Positions 18,575-28,612 of a stretch of DNA of 64,000 bases are shown one piece after another (positions within the stretch are counted from its first letter, which is position 1; each line of letters begins with the position of its first letter). The stretch is from Planctomycetota bacterium. Its GTDB lineage: Bacteria; Planctomycetota; JAJSAM01; JAJVHW01. Below the pieces are notes generated by a model. That model ran no database searches. It was not told where the DNA came from and saw nothing but the letters and a program-made list of their open reading frames with translations. Position numbers and translations under genes: made by a program. Location: positions 640,001 to 704,000 of the forward strand of contig CBDFJG010000002.1 in the NCBI GenBank assembly GCA_965248445.1. The letters run 5' to 3'.

Positions 18575-21095
18575 CCCGGCCGCTGCGCTCGGTGTCGAAC
18601 GTGCCGGTCCGTCGGTCGTCGTCGCTCTTGCCTCTCGGCACGACCTCGTAGCTCCACACGCCGGCAGCGAGCGACCACCTCTTGTGCCTGCGGACGCCGC
18701 CCTTCGCGAGCAGGCGTTCCACGCTGCAGTGTTCCAGCGGATCGACCATCTCGATCGAGGCCGCACCGTCGGTCTCTCGTTCCAGCCAGACGTCACTCGG
18801 AGATCCCTGCAGGGTCAGCCGCACGTTCGCCTTCTTCGTGTCCTTCGTCTCGCGGACCACCACGTCGCGGATCGCGTCGCGGAACTTCACCGTGAACACG
18901 GGAGCGTCGTCGCGACGCATGCGCCAGGTGAACCGCTGCAGCAGCGGGCCGCGGCTCGACGGCGCGATCACCACGAAGCGCGCCGTCCCGCGGGAGAGCC
19001 ACTCATCGAACGGCGGAAGCAGGGGCCAGTGGCCGTCGTACGTCACGCATGTGATCTCCTCGAACGGCGCCGTGCGCCGCCCGCCCGCGAGATCCGCCAT
19101 CTCCGAGACGACGCTGAACTCGCTGGCGACACCCTCAGTGCGGTGGACCGCCGTCCGGTAGTCGATCTGCGCGTACGGTCGGGTGCGTAGTGTCACGTCG
19201 GTGTCGACGACCTCGTCCCCCTCGCGTGTTTCGATCGTCACGAACTCCGCCATCAGGAGGCCCCGTCGAGGCAGCACCTCGAGTGTGGTCTCCGCACCCC
19301 ATGCGGTGCGCAGGAAGCGGGCGCCGCGAATCCTGAAGCTGCCGTCCTGCCTCGTCTCGGCCCGCGCGCCGCCGGCATGGACTCGCGCGCCCTCGACAGG
19401 CTGGTTGTGGATACGGGTCACGCGTCCGGTCACGTCGCGGATCACGATGTTGGAGCCCGGTCCGTCGCCGTCGGCGACGGCATCGTGGCGGACGACGAGC
19501 AGTTCCACTCCGGCCGTCGTGCCGATGCGCGGAACAACGGTCTGCGGGTGGCCCGGGGCCATGCGGTAGCCCTTCGCGCGGGCGAGCAGATGCTGCTCCT
19601 CGCCTGCGGGAAGATGGGGGAACACGAACGCGCCGCTCTCGCTCGCGACCACCTTGATCCCGGCCGGGAACGCATGCACACGCGCGCCGGGGACGGGTTC
19701 GCCTTCCTCGTCGCGGACGACACCGGCGGCGCGCGCGACGTCGGTCGCGGCCAGGACGACCGAGTGGGTTTCGATGTCCCCGGCGGGTGGCGCGGTCTCG
19801 AACGCGAGGATCTGGCCCCGCGCACGGGCCGGAGCGAGGCGCACGTCCACCTTCCCGTCCGGCAATCCGCTGAATTGCACACGGCCCTCTGCGTCGGTGA
19901 CGCCCTCTCGCACCACGGCGTCGCCGGCCATGCGGATGCTGGCCGCGACGTTCGGGACGGGCGCGCCGTCCGCAGAGAGCACCGCGAGGGACAGCGCGTG
20001 CGCTTCGCGAACCGTGACGTTCACGGTGGTGACGTGTCGCGACCGCGTGTACGTGCTCGCGCGGCCGACCAGGGCCGTTTCCGGTACCTCGGCATGCACA
20101 TCCAGTCGGTGGCGCGCCGTCAGACCGGGGAACGTCGCGATGCCGCTCGCGTCGGACGTGGCGGTCACCGCGTTCAGGGCCTCCGCGCCGACCGTAACGG
20201 TAGCGCCGGGAATGTCTCCTCCGAGTTCGTCGATCACGTGCACGTTCAGCTCGGCGCCTTCCTCGAGGTGGATCGTCTCCTTGAGGCGGCGTCCCGGTCC
20301 GACGGTGACCTCGACCGCCGGTGCCGCGGCCACAAAGCCGTTGCCGCCGACTCGGATCTCGAACTTGCCGAAGGTCGGCGCGAAGAGGGCCACTTCGTCG
20401 TTGTCGAGTCTGTCGAGCTTGTCCAGGGCGTTGCGCCGGGACACGCGGCGATCCTCGTCCGAGACGGTAAGCGTCGTGTGATCGACAATGCGTCCGTCCT
20501 GCACGAGCGTGAGCGGGACGCCCTGCAACAGCTCGATCGGACCCGGGCCGCGGAGAGTGACGATGATCGGCGCCAGTCTCCGCAGTTCGGCCGACTTCTC
20601 CGTCCTCTCGTGTGCGCGCAGCACGACGTCGCCGAAGATCCCCGACAGGTACTTCCGCTTCTCGATGCGGACGATCAGCGGCACGTCGTGCGGGAGGTTG
20701 CGGATCTCGTAGTTGCCCCGCTTGGTTGTGCGCGTGCCGGCGATGCGCGAACCGTCGATGTGCTGCACCGTGATAAGGACGCCCTCGGCGGACAGACGCA
20801 GAAACGGGTCGTGCAACGTCCCGAAGAGCGTGCCGAGTCCCAGCGGCTCGGCCTTCTGCTGCGGCGCGACGAGCGGGTCCGCCGGCTCGGGCACCACGTG
20901 CTCTCGGACCCGGCCGGGCGTGCCGTCCTGAGAGTGGATGCGCCGCCGCAGGCGCGGCGCGTCGCGCTCGGTGTCTTCGTCCGAGTCGAGGGCCCAGTCC
21001 GAGGAGGCGAGGAAGCTCGCGAGCCAGATCGACAGCAGAGCCACGGCCAGGACGGCGAGCGCGATCAGGGCAGCTCGGCGTCTGTTCGACCGCAC
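18561..21095 (-). CDS. Membrane-anchored carboxypeptidase-regulatory-like repeat protein
   Basis: N-terminal TM, repeated G.V.D..G.PVPGA.V and T...G.F modules. GTG start follows a GGGAGG RBS. Confidence 0.75.
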   Translation of the reverse strand: MRSNRRRAALIALAVLAVALLSIWLASFLASSDWALDSDEDTERDAPRLRRRIHSQDGTPGRVREHVVPEPADPLVAPQQKAEPLGLGTLFGTLHDPFLRLSAEGVLITVQHIDGSRIAGTRTTKRGNYEIRNLPHDVPLIVRIEKRKYLSGIFGDVVLRAHERTEKSAELRRLAPIIVTLRGPGPIELLQGVPLTLVQDGRIVDHTTLTVSDEDRRVSRRNALDKLDRLDNDEVALFAPTFGKFEIRVGGNGFVAAAPAVEVTVGPGRRLKETIHLEEGAELNVHVIDELGGDIPGATVTVGAEALNAVTATSDASGIATFPGLTARHRLDVHAEVPETALVGRASTYTRSRHVTTVNVTVREAHALSLAVLSADGAPVPNVAASIRMAGDAVVREGVTDAEGRVQFSGLPDGKVDVRLAPARARGQILAFETAPPAGDIETHSVVLAATDVARAAGVVRDEEGEPVPGARVHAFPAGIKVVASESGAFVFPHLPAGEEQHLLARAKGYRMAPGHPQTVVPRIGTTAGVELLVVRHDAVADGDGPGSNIVIRDVTGRVTRIHNQPVEGARVHAGGARAETRQDGSFRIRGARFLRTAWGAETTLEVLPRRGLLMAEFVTIETREGDEVVDTDVTLRTRPYAQIDYRTAVHRTEGVASEFSVVSEMADLAGGRRTAPFEEITCVTYDGHWPLLPPFDEWLSRGTARFVVIAPSSRGPLLQRFTWRMRRDDAPVFTVKFRDAIRDVVVRETKDTKKANVRLTLQGSPSDVWLERETDGAASIEMVDPLEHCSVERLLAKGGVRRHKRWSLAAGVWSYEVVPRGKSDDDRRTGTFDTERSGRVTLE

Positions 21096-21223
21096 GGAGA
21101 CCTCCCTACTGCGTCCACGCTCTCCCCGCGCTACTCCTTGAACGACCCGCACCTCTCTTTGAACGACACTGGCCGCCTCCATGTTGCACGCCCCGGGCAG
21201 CCTCCGCGGATACGATCCGGCGC

Positions 21224-22578
21224 ATGCCGAACCAGCGCTACGAAGGTCCCGTGATCTTGGACGCCCCGCGCGCCCTGAACCATGCACAGGACCTCTGCGC
21301 GTTCGTGGATGCGAGCCCCATGCCGCATCTGGCCGTTGCGGAGTGCGCGGGCCGGCTGTCGTCCGCCGGATACACGGAACTTCGCGAGGATGCCGCCTGG
21401 ACGCTGTCGGCAGGCGACAAGCGCTACGTCGTGCGGGCCGGCAGCACGCTGCTGGCGTTCGAAGTGGGCGCCGCGCCGCCCGACGAGTCGGGGATCGCGG
21501 GGTTCGGTGCGCACCTGGACTCGCCGAACCTGCGCATCAAGCCGAACCCCGACACGGAGAAGTTCGGCTACACGCAACTCGCCATCGAGACGTATGGAGG
21601 TCTGATCGTCGCGAGCTGGCTCGATCGCGACCTCGGCATCGCGGGGGGAACGTCGTCGTGCGCGGGGCGGGCGGAGACACGACCTCTCGCTTGGTCGACG
21701 TTCGCCGACCCGTTGCGCGCTGCCCGAACCTCGCAATTCACCTCAACCGCGAAGTGAACGAAAAGGGCTTGAGGGTCGACACGCAGACGGAGCTGCCGCC
21801 GATCACAGGGACGCTCGTGACGGGGGACCCGGGCGAGGGCGGACTGCGCGCGCTGCTCTCCGGTGAGCTCGACGTCGCACCGGATGACATCCTCGACTGG
21901 GACCTGGGCCTCATGGATGTGCAGGCGTCGGCGATCGGCGGGATCGAACGCGACCTCGTGTTCGCTCCGCGTCTCGACAACCTCGCGATGTCTCACGCCG
22001 GTCTCGTCGCGCTGATCGAGTCAGGCGAACGGCCGTCGGACACCACGCGGCTGATCGCGCTCTTCGATCACGAGGAGTGCGGAAGTGAGTCGGTGCAGGG
22101 CGCACAGGGCTCGCTCCTGATGGACGTGGTCCGGCGTCTCTCCGAGAACCACCCTGACCGGCGCACGTCGGGACACGAGACGACGGCGCGGGCGGCGGCG
22201 CGGTCGTTCTTCGTGAGTGCGGACATGGCGCATGCCATCCACCCCGGGCACCCCAGGGTCTACGAACCCGACCATCACCCGTACATGAACCGCGGACCGG
22301 CCATCAAGCGCAACGTCAACCAGCGGTACGCCACCGACGGCGAGACCGGGGCGCGTTTTGCGGAGTACTGCCGGCGGGCCGGGTTCGAGCCGCAGGACTA
22401 CGTTCATCGCACCGGGTTGCGCTGCGGCTCGACGATCGGCCCGATGACCGCCGCGGGCTCCGGCATCCGGACGGTGGACGTGGGCAATCCGATGCTCGCC
22501 ATGCACTCGATCCGTGAGACTGGCGGCGCGTTCGACTCCGACCTGATGATCCAGGCGCTGCACCATCACTTCGCGTAG
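21224..22578 (+). CDS. M18 family (aspartyl) aminopeptidase, frameshift in the G run at 21643-21648
   Basis: Motifs GAHLDSP, YGG..SWLDRDL, RLDNL, FDHEECGS, SADMAHA, CGSTIGP and MHSIRE, split over two frames. Confidence 0.88.
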
Positions 22579-22591
22579 GTAGACTCGACTC

Positions 22592-24337
22592 GTGACCTCA
22601 CTCCCACGCCTGCGCATCCTGCCCGCGATCGCGTGCGTGGCCCTCCTCGTGCCGGTGGCCCTCCTCGCGCCGGTGGCCCGCGCCGACGACACGGTGCTCA
22701 AGAACGCCGGCGACACGATCGAGGCCACGTTGCCCGGCAAGTGGCGCCAGCAGAAGGTGGAGCGCGGCATCTCGGCGGCGGGGTTCCTGGGAGTCAAGCG
22801 CGCAGAGTTCTTCGCGCACGTTGACGAGAAGGCGGAGTTCAAGAACGGGGCCGTCGACACGTGGAAGGCCTGGCGCACCGCGGCCGGTGGAGCTCCGGCT
22901 TACGCGGCCGTGGAGACTCCCGACGGCGGGGGAACCCGATTCACGGCGCACAGCGAGGAGCAGGGCACGGTCGAGTACGTGCGCGTTGTAGGCGGCCCGG
23001 GCGTCATCGCCGTCGCGTGGGTGAAGGTGTCCGGTGCTCCGGGAGTGGTCGCCGAGGAGTGCTGGGCCACGCTCGCGAACTTGTCCGTCGGCAAGCGTGC
23101 GCTGCCGCCGGAGGCAGGCGGCGGCGAGAGCGGTGGCGAGAGCGGCGGAGAGGCGCCGGAGAAGCCGAAGGGTCTCGTACTCAAGGACCCCGGCCTGCGG
23201 ATCTCGTTGACGTTTCCCGACGGGTTCAAGAAGCGCAAGGACGTGCAGCCCGCAGGCGCCCGTGCGATCGCGGCGACCGGCAAGGTCGGTACCGACGAAC
23301 ACGCGTACATCGACGTGTACCTGCTCGACTCCTTCAAGCGCACGGACGCGGCCGGGCACTGGTGGCGCGAAGCGGAGCGCCGCGGGTGGCTGGAGCCGAT
23401 CCGAATCGACGGGACGCTGCTGTCGTTCACGCTCGAGGTCCAGGACGAGACGTGGACGCGGCACGTTCGCATCATCGACACATCCGCGGGCATCGTGGCG
23501 CTGAAGGTGGACTCGGAATCGCAGACCAAGAAGTCGGCCTCCGCGTTCATCGACATGATGGTGGCGAAGGTCGAGGTGCTGAAGAAGCTGAACGATCCGC
23601 CGCGGCCGCCCATCGACTTCAAGGTGGTCCCCGGCAAGGGCGTGACGGTCCACGCGGAGTCCGCGTCGATCGCGGATGCTCTTCGTCTCGAGGCCGAGGA
23701 GATCGACGAGCAGGTTCAGGAGTTGACGGGCCTGGAACCGCGGGCCGGGCGCAAGGCCGTGGTCGTCGTGTACGCCACACGCGAGAAGCTCATCGCTGCG
23801 CAGAAGCTCGCCCGCCTGGACGTGAACGCGGCGGGGGAGTTCGATCCGCGGGCCGGTGTCGTCCGCACCTTCGCCAAGCCGTTCGTCGAGACGGCCGACC
23901 GCCAGCGCCTGCGCGAGGAGATGGCGCGCGATGCGCTGCACCGCCGACTCGGGTACCGCGCGCCGTGGTGGCTCGAACGCGGCGCCGCTCTGCTCATCGG
24001 TAACGGCGCACACCACAGGGGCCGCATCAACCGGCCGCACCCCGAGTTGCTCGAGGGCGCGCGCGACGCTGCCGGCGGCACGGTCGAGTTCGAGGCCACA
24101 CGCTGGTGGCTCGAATCCGAAAGCATCGGGAACCCGGAGCGCGACGCGGTGCTCTGGAGCTTCATGTTCCTCCTGTCTCTCGACGCGCCGCCTGGCAAGA
24201 AGTGGCGCGAGCCGTTCCGGAGCTACTGCCGCGAACTGCAGTCCAGCGGGGACGTCGTCACCGCCAGCAAGGTGTTCGACTTCTCGAAAGAGCAGGAGTT
24301 CATCGACGAGTGGAAGACCTGGGTGCGGAAGCTGTAG
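22592..24337 (+). CDS. Exported hypothetical protein with degenerate peptidase-MA-like C-terminus
   Basis: Signal peptide. PWWLERGAA resembles the PxWLxEG motif, but no HExxH precedes it. Confidence 0.7.
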   Translation: MTSLPRLRILPAIACVALLVPVALLAPVARADDTVLKNAGDTIEATLPGKWRQQKVERGISAAGFLGVKRAEFFAHVDEKAEFKNGAVDTWKAWRTAAGGAPAYAAVETPDGGGTRFTAHSEEQGTVEYVRVVGGPGVIAVAWVKVSGAPGVVAEECWATLANLSVGKRALPPEAGGGESGGESGGEAPEKPKGLVLKDPGLRISLTFPDGFKKRKDVQPAGARAIAATGKVGTDEHAYIDVYLLDSFKRTDAAGHWWREAERRGWLEPIRIDGTLLSFTLEVQDETWTRHVRIIDTSAGIVALKVDSESQTKKSASAFIDMMVAKVEVLKKLNDPPRPPIDFKVVPGKGVTVHAESASIADALRLEAEEIDEQVQELTGLEPRAGRKAVVVVYATREKLIAAQKLARLDVNAAGEFDPRAGVVRTFAKPFVETADRQRLREEMARDALHRRLGYRAPWWLERGAALLIGNGAHHRGRINRPHPELLEGARDAAGGTVEFEATRWWLESESIGNPERDAVLWSFMFLLSLDAPPGKKWREPFRSYCRELQSSGDVVTASKVFDFSKEQEFIDEWKTWVRKL

Positions 24338-24422
24338 GTCCCGCTGCAGAGGCGGCAAGAACAGCCGCGCCTTGCGGCCGGCCCGCACTCACCGTGTGTC
24401 ACACAGTGATAGCCTCCCTCTG

Positions 24423-26786
24423 ATGCGTCTCCGCACCGCCCTGCCGTTCTTCCTGGCCGTGGTCTCGATCACGCTCGCTCCGTTCCCCGGAGAGCGGCCG
24501 CATCGGAAGCATGCCCAGGTGGCTCCCGAGGCGCCCCGAGAGCGCGTGCGGGCCGTGCGGGTAGAGAGCGCCGCCCAGGCGGCGGCGCCCGTCTCCACGG
24601 ACGTCTCCGAGGCTGCTCGGGCGGAGCCCGTGACGCCGGGCCCGGGCCGCAGAGTGGTCCTCACGCACCTCGTGGCGCGCGAAGGCCATCTGGGGCGGAT
24701 CGCCCGCGACCTGATCGAGGAGCACCGCGGTGCCATCGGACTGGACGGAGCGCCGGGACGGCTCGAACTGGCGCGCGAGTTCACGAGCCTGGCCGCCCAT
24801 CACGTGCGTTTCCGTCAGACGCTGGGGGAGATCCCCGGCGTGCCCGTCTTCGGCAGCGAGGTCTCGGCGCATGTGGCGACGGACGGTCGTCCGCTGCTCG
24901 TGGCGGCCGACCTGTTCCCGCTGGGCGGGATGACCGAACGGGACCTCGCACCGGAGATCGACGCGGCTGCGGCGCGCACGGAAGCGGTGCAGGTCGCGCG
25001 CGACGACGACGCGGAGACGCAGGCGGCCGTCGAGGCGCGCGAGCCGCAGCTCGTAATCCTGCCCGACGGCAAGAGCGCGAGTCTGGCATGGCGCGTCGAT
25101 GTGCGCACCAGCGAGCAGAGCCTGCGCGTGTTCGTGGATGCGGGCGACGGAACGGCATTGCGCATCGACGACCTTCGCATCGGTGTGGACGGCCAGGGCG
25201 CCGTGTTCGATCCCAACCCCATGCACAGCGAGGGGAACCCCACCTTCCACGACTCGAACGACAAGGACTCCAGTGGCTTGACGGCGGCTCGACGTTTCGA
25301 GACGCTCCCGCGCCTCGACGGAACCGGGTTCCTCCGCGATCCGTGGGTGGATCTCACGCCGTCACCGGTGCTCGCGTTTCAGGCCGATCTGGACTGGAAC
25401 TGGGTAACGCGCAGTCATCACGCGTTCGAGCAGGTCATGTGCTACTTCCATATCGATCGCACCCAGGCGGAGATCCAGGAGCTCGGGTTCGCGAACGTGA
25501 ACGCGCGGCAGCAGGACGTCGATGCCCACGCCGGCTCGAGCGATCAGTCGTTCTTCGACCTGTTCGACCGATCCGTGAACTTTGGCGACGGCGGCGTGGA
25601 CGACGGTGAGGACGCGGATGTCATCGTCCACGAGTACGGGCATGCCATCCAGCACGACCAGGTCGACGACTTCGGCGTCACCGGCGAGGGCGGCGCGATG
25701 GGCGAGGGGTTCGGCGACTGGCTCGCTGTGATGATGCACGAGTCGTCGCGTCCGAACTGGGACCCGCTCTTCGCCTCGTGGGACGCCGCACCCGGATCGA
25801 ACAAGACCCCGCCGTATCTGCGTCGCGTGGACCGGAACAAGGTGTTCCCGAAGGACACCGCGGGCGAGGTGCACGAGGACGGCGAGATCTGGTCGCGGTT
25901 CCTCTACGACGTCCGCCACCTGGTCGGCCGCGACGACGCCCTGCGGCTCGTGATCGAGTCGCACTTCCTGCTCACGTCATTCTCCCGCTTTCGCGACGGA
26001 ACCGAGGCGCTGCTCATCACGAACCTCGCGATGCGTGAGGGCCGCAACGACGCATCACTGCGCGCCGCCGCCGACGCGCGCGGCCTTCCGTTCCTCGTCC
26101 TTCCCGCAGAACTCCCGCCGGAGGAGGCGTCTGAGGAAAACGACACGCGCGCGGAGGCGAGCGACCTGAACCCGGGCGTCTACCAGCGCTACGTGCTCGC
26201 CGATGATGACTGGTTCCGTGTCGTCGTGCCGCCGTTCCGGCGCTACGTCATCCGGATGGACTTCGATCCGGCCGGCATGGACGCGGCGTTGACCGTCGAG
26301 GACCAGGCAGGCCAAGTCGCGGCGGTGGCCGACGGCGTCGAGGGTGTCGAGGAATTGGAGATCACGGCGGCGACCGCGCCGCGGACGGTCTACCTGCGCA
26401 TCCACCACGCGGACCCGGACGCTGTCACCCCCGCGCCCTACGACCTCGCGGTCGTGGACGCGGAACTCGAGTCGTTCACCGACAGGCACGCCGAGGTCCG
26501 CCGGTTCCAGCCGGGCGATCTCCATGTGTTCCGCGTTTCGGTGAACGCCGCGAAGGTCGATGATGGTGCGGCTCTCAAGGTCCGGACCAACCGCCGGGCC
26601 GGCAGCCCGGCCGAGATCCAGGCGCTGCGGCCCGGTGGTTCCGAGTTCGCGCCGTTCGAGGACTCGAAGCGACGCCGCAACGCGGTCGTCAAGCTCGTCG
26701 TCGACGAACCCGGAGACTGGGTGTTTGCCGTCCGTCCGCGCAAGGCGAAGAGCGGCCGCTACGTGCTGAAGATCAAGCTCCGGTAG
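24423..26786 (+). CDS. Secreted M36/M4-like zinc metallopeptidase with C-terminal PPC-like domains
   Basis: FTP/PepSY-like propeptide, DVIVHEYGHAI, MGEGFGD and EVHEDGEIWS. Confidence 0.85.
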   Translation: MRLRTALPFFLAVVSITLAPFPGERPHRKHAQVAPEAPRERVRAVRVESAAQAAAPVSTDVSEAARAEPVTPGPGRRVVLTHLVAREGHLGRIARDLIEEHRGAIGLDGAPGRLELAREFTSLAAHHVRFRQTLGEIPGVPVFGSEVSAHVATDGRPLLVAADLFPLGGMTERDLAPEIDAAAARTEAVQVARDDDAETQAAVEAREPQLVILPDGKSASLAWRVDVRTSEQSLRVFVDAGDGTALRIDDLRIGVDGQGAVFDPNPMHSEGNPTFHDSNDKDSSGLTAARRFETLPRLDGTGFLRDPWVDLTPSPVLAFQADLDWNWVTRSHHAFEQVMCYFHIDRTQAEIQELGFANVNARQQDVDAHAGSSDQSFFDLFDRSVNFGDGGVDDGEDADVIVHEYGHAIQHDQVDDFGVTGEGGAMGEGFGDWLAVMMHESSRPNWDPLFASWDAAPGSNKTPPYLRRVDRNKVFPKDTAGEVHEDGEIWSRFLYDVRHLVGRDDALRLVIESHFLLTSFSRFRDGTEALLITNLAMREGRNDASLRAAADARGLPFLVLPAELPPEEASEENDTRAEASDLNPGVYQRYVLADDDWFRVVVPPFRRYVIRMDFDPAGMDAALTVEDQAGQVAAVADGVEGVEELEITAATAPRTVYLRIHHADPDAVTPAPYDLAVVDAELESFTDRHAEVRRFQPGDLHVFRVSVNAAKVDDGAALKVRTNRRAGSPAEIQALRPGGSEFAPFEDSKRRRNAVVKLVVDEPGDWVFAVRPRKAKSGRYVLKIKLR

Positions 26787-27312
26787 CGACGGCGACGCGG
26801 CCGTCCGCTGACACCGCGTGACCCTCGTGTGCCAGCAGGTCGCGCTTGTGCGAGGGGCGCGCGCTGAACCCGCCGATGCGACGGTTCGTGGCCAGCACGC
26901 GGTGGCACGGGACGACGATCGGGACCGGGTTGCGTCCGCACGCTCCGCCCACCGCCCGCGCCGCGTTGTCGTTGCCGATGCGTGCAGCCAGCTCGCCGTA
27001 ACTGACGGTCTCGCCGAACGGAATGTCGCGCAGCGCGTCCAGGACGTTTCGCGTGAACGGCGTCACGGTCGAGAGATCGAGCGGCATCGTGAACTCCGCC
27101 AGCTCACCGGCGAAGTACGCCTGCAACTCCCGCGCGGCGGGATGGTCGCTGACCTCGCGGCGTTCGCCGTCGAGAACGGCGACCTGCTCGTCGAACGACC
27201 CGCCGGGCAGTGTCAGCACCGCCAGCCCGTCTTCGGTGGCAGCGCAACGCAGCGTGCCCAGCGGACTCCGGACTGAAAACGTCAGTACTTCACTCGTCGC
27301 AACTCGCGGCAT
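26773..27312 (-). CDS. ogt: Methylated-DNA--protein-cysteine methyltransferase
   Basis: Motifs IPFGETVSYGELA, ARAVG and NPVPIVVPCHRV. Confidence 0.93.
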   Translation of the reverse strand: MPRVATSEVLTFSVRSPLGTLRCAATEDGLAVLTLPGGSFDEQVAVLDGERREVSDHPAARELQAYFAGELAEFTMPLDLSTVTPFTRNVLDALRDIPFGETVSYGELAARIGNDNAARAVGGACGRNPVPIVVPCHRVLATNRRIGGFSARPSHKRDLLAHEGHAVSADGRVAVATGA

Positions 27313-27355
27313 CACGCACTCCTCCCAGAGTCGTCCATTCGGGACCCGACTCGCA

Positions 27356-28603
27356 CTATCGCCGCCGTTGGTGGCGGTATGGCTGTTCCAGGATCAGCGC
27401 GCCCAGCGCCGTTGCGAACAGCCGCCCTCCGGTCGTGCGCTCGTAGGTGCCCTCGGGGTCCCACGAGCCGCGCCGGCACCCATTCTTCTCCTGGTGACCG
27501 ACAAGTGCGGACTTGGCCTTGCCGAACCACCCCGACCAGGCCGCGCCGCCCGCGTGGAAGGTCGCGATCGTGCCGTACCACCACTGGTACATGGACAGGT
27601 TGCCGATCTGCACCGGCACCTTCCCGCGGCCGGGCACCTTGCGCGTCTTGAACGTGATCTTCCAGACGGGCTTCTGGCCGGAGATCAGGCCCATGTTCTG
27701 GCGATGTGCCGGCAGGTTCGTGCCGGCACGCAGCAGATGGCGGATCGCCGCGCCGCCGTGCGCGTTCGAGGACGTCGGCGTGTAGCCGTACCGGCGGCCC
27801 TCCTTCAGGTACGCGAGCCGGCCTTTCTTGTCGACCTCGAGGGTCGCGAGGTAGCCGAGTACTCCGTCGCGTGTCTCGTCGTCGAGCGCGACGCCCGCGT
27901 CGACGGCAGTGACGAGCGCCTGCACGCAGAGCGCGGTGTACGGAACGTCGCTGCCGGGGCGGCCGGGTGCGACGTATCCCCAGGCGCCGTCCTTCTGCCG
28001 CCGCGCGAGGATCGCGGCAACTCCCCGCTCGACGTCCTCGGTCCAGCGTCCCTTTCGCTCCAGCGCCTCCGCCTCCGCAAATGCCTGGGTCGCGAGCGGC
28101 AACGTCCACGTGTCGCCGCGGCCGCGCAGCAGTTCGAGCGTCTTCTCCACGAGTTCGGCGTACGGATCTTCCGGCGTTCCGGGGGCGTGACCGTGACCGA
28201 GGAACGCCAGCGTCGCGAGGGCCGACAGCGCACCGTCGAACGGACACGGCACGGCCTCGCCGTGATGGCCCTTGCCGATGCCGTCGCAGGCCTTCTTGTC
28301 CTCCTCGCACGCATCGGGGAACCCGTCCGCGTCCCAGCCGCCGCCCTCGAGAGCGTGCCGGGCCAGCCAGTCGAGGGCCGCCACGACGGACTTCTCCGTC
28401 GCGCTGTTTCCTCCGCCTTTCTGGTTGGCCCTCTTGCGCGCGTCGCCCCGGCGGGGGCCGACCAGCACGGGCTCCGGCAGAGCCGGCGCTTCGGGCGCCG
28501 CGGTCTCGTCCTCCGCGAACGCCCAACCCAGACTCACGGGGCCCAGACTCACCAGGGACGTCGCGACCAGCGTGACGGCGAGAAGACGGAGAGGCGCTTT
28601 CAC
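27356..28603 (-). CDS. Prenyltransferase/squalene-cyclase repeat-containing exported protein
   Basis: Motifs ALDWLARH, RQKDGAWGY, YQWWYGT, GSWDP and GGRLFATAL. Confidence 0.8.
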   Translation of the reverse strand: MKAPLRLLAVTLVATSLVSLGPVSLGWAFAEDETAAPEAPALPEPVLVGPRRGDARKRANQKGGGNSATEKSVVAALDWLARHALEGGGWDADGFPDACEEDKKACDGIGKGHHGEAVPCPFDGALSALATLAFLGHGHAPGTPEDPYAELVEKTLELLRGRGDTWTLPLATQAFAEAEALERKGRWTEDVERGVAAILARRQKDGAWGYVAPGRPGSDVPYTALCVQALVTAVDAGVALDDETRDGVLGYLATLEVDKKGRLAYLKEGRRYGYTPTSSNAHGGAAIRHLLRAGTNLPAHRQNMGLISGQKPVWKITFKTRKVPGRGKVPVQIGNLSMYQWWYGTIATFHAGGAAWSGWFGKAKSALVGHQEKNGCRRGSWDPEGTYERTTGGRLFATALGALILEQPYRHQRRR

Positions 28604-28612
28604 GCGCTGAGG

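Noticed and set aside
21643..21648. Programmed frameshift or phase variation in the M18 aminopeptidase
   Set aside because: The G6 run is short and in a housekeeping gene; an assembly indel is the simpler explanation.
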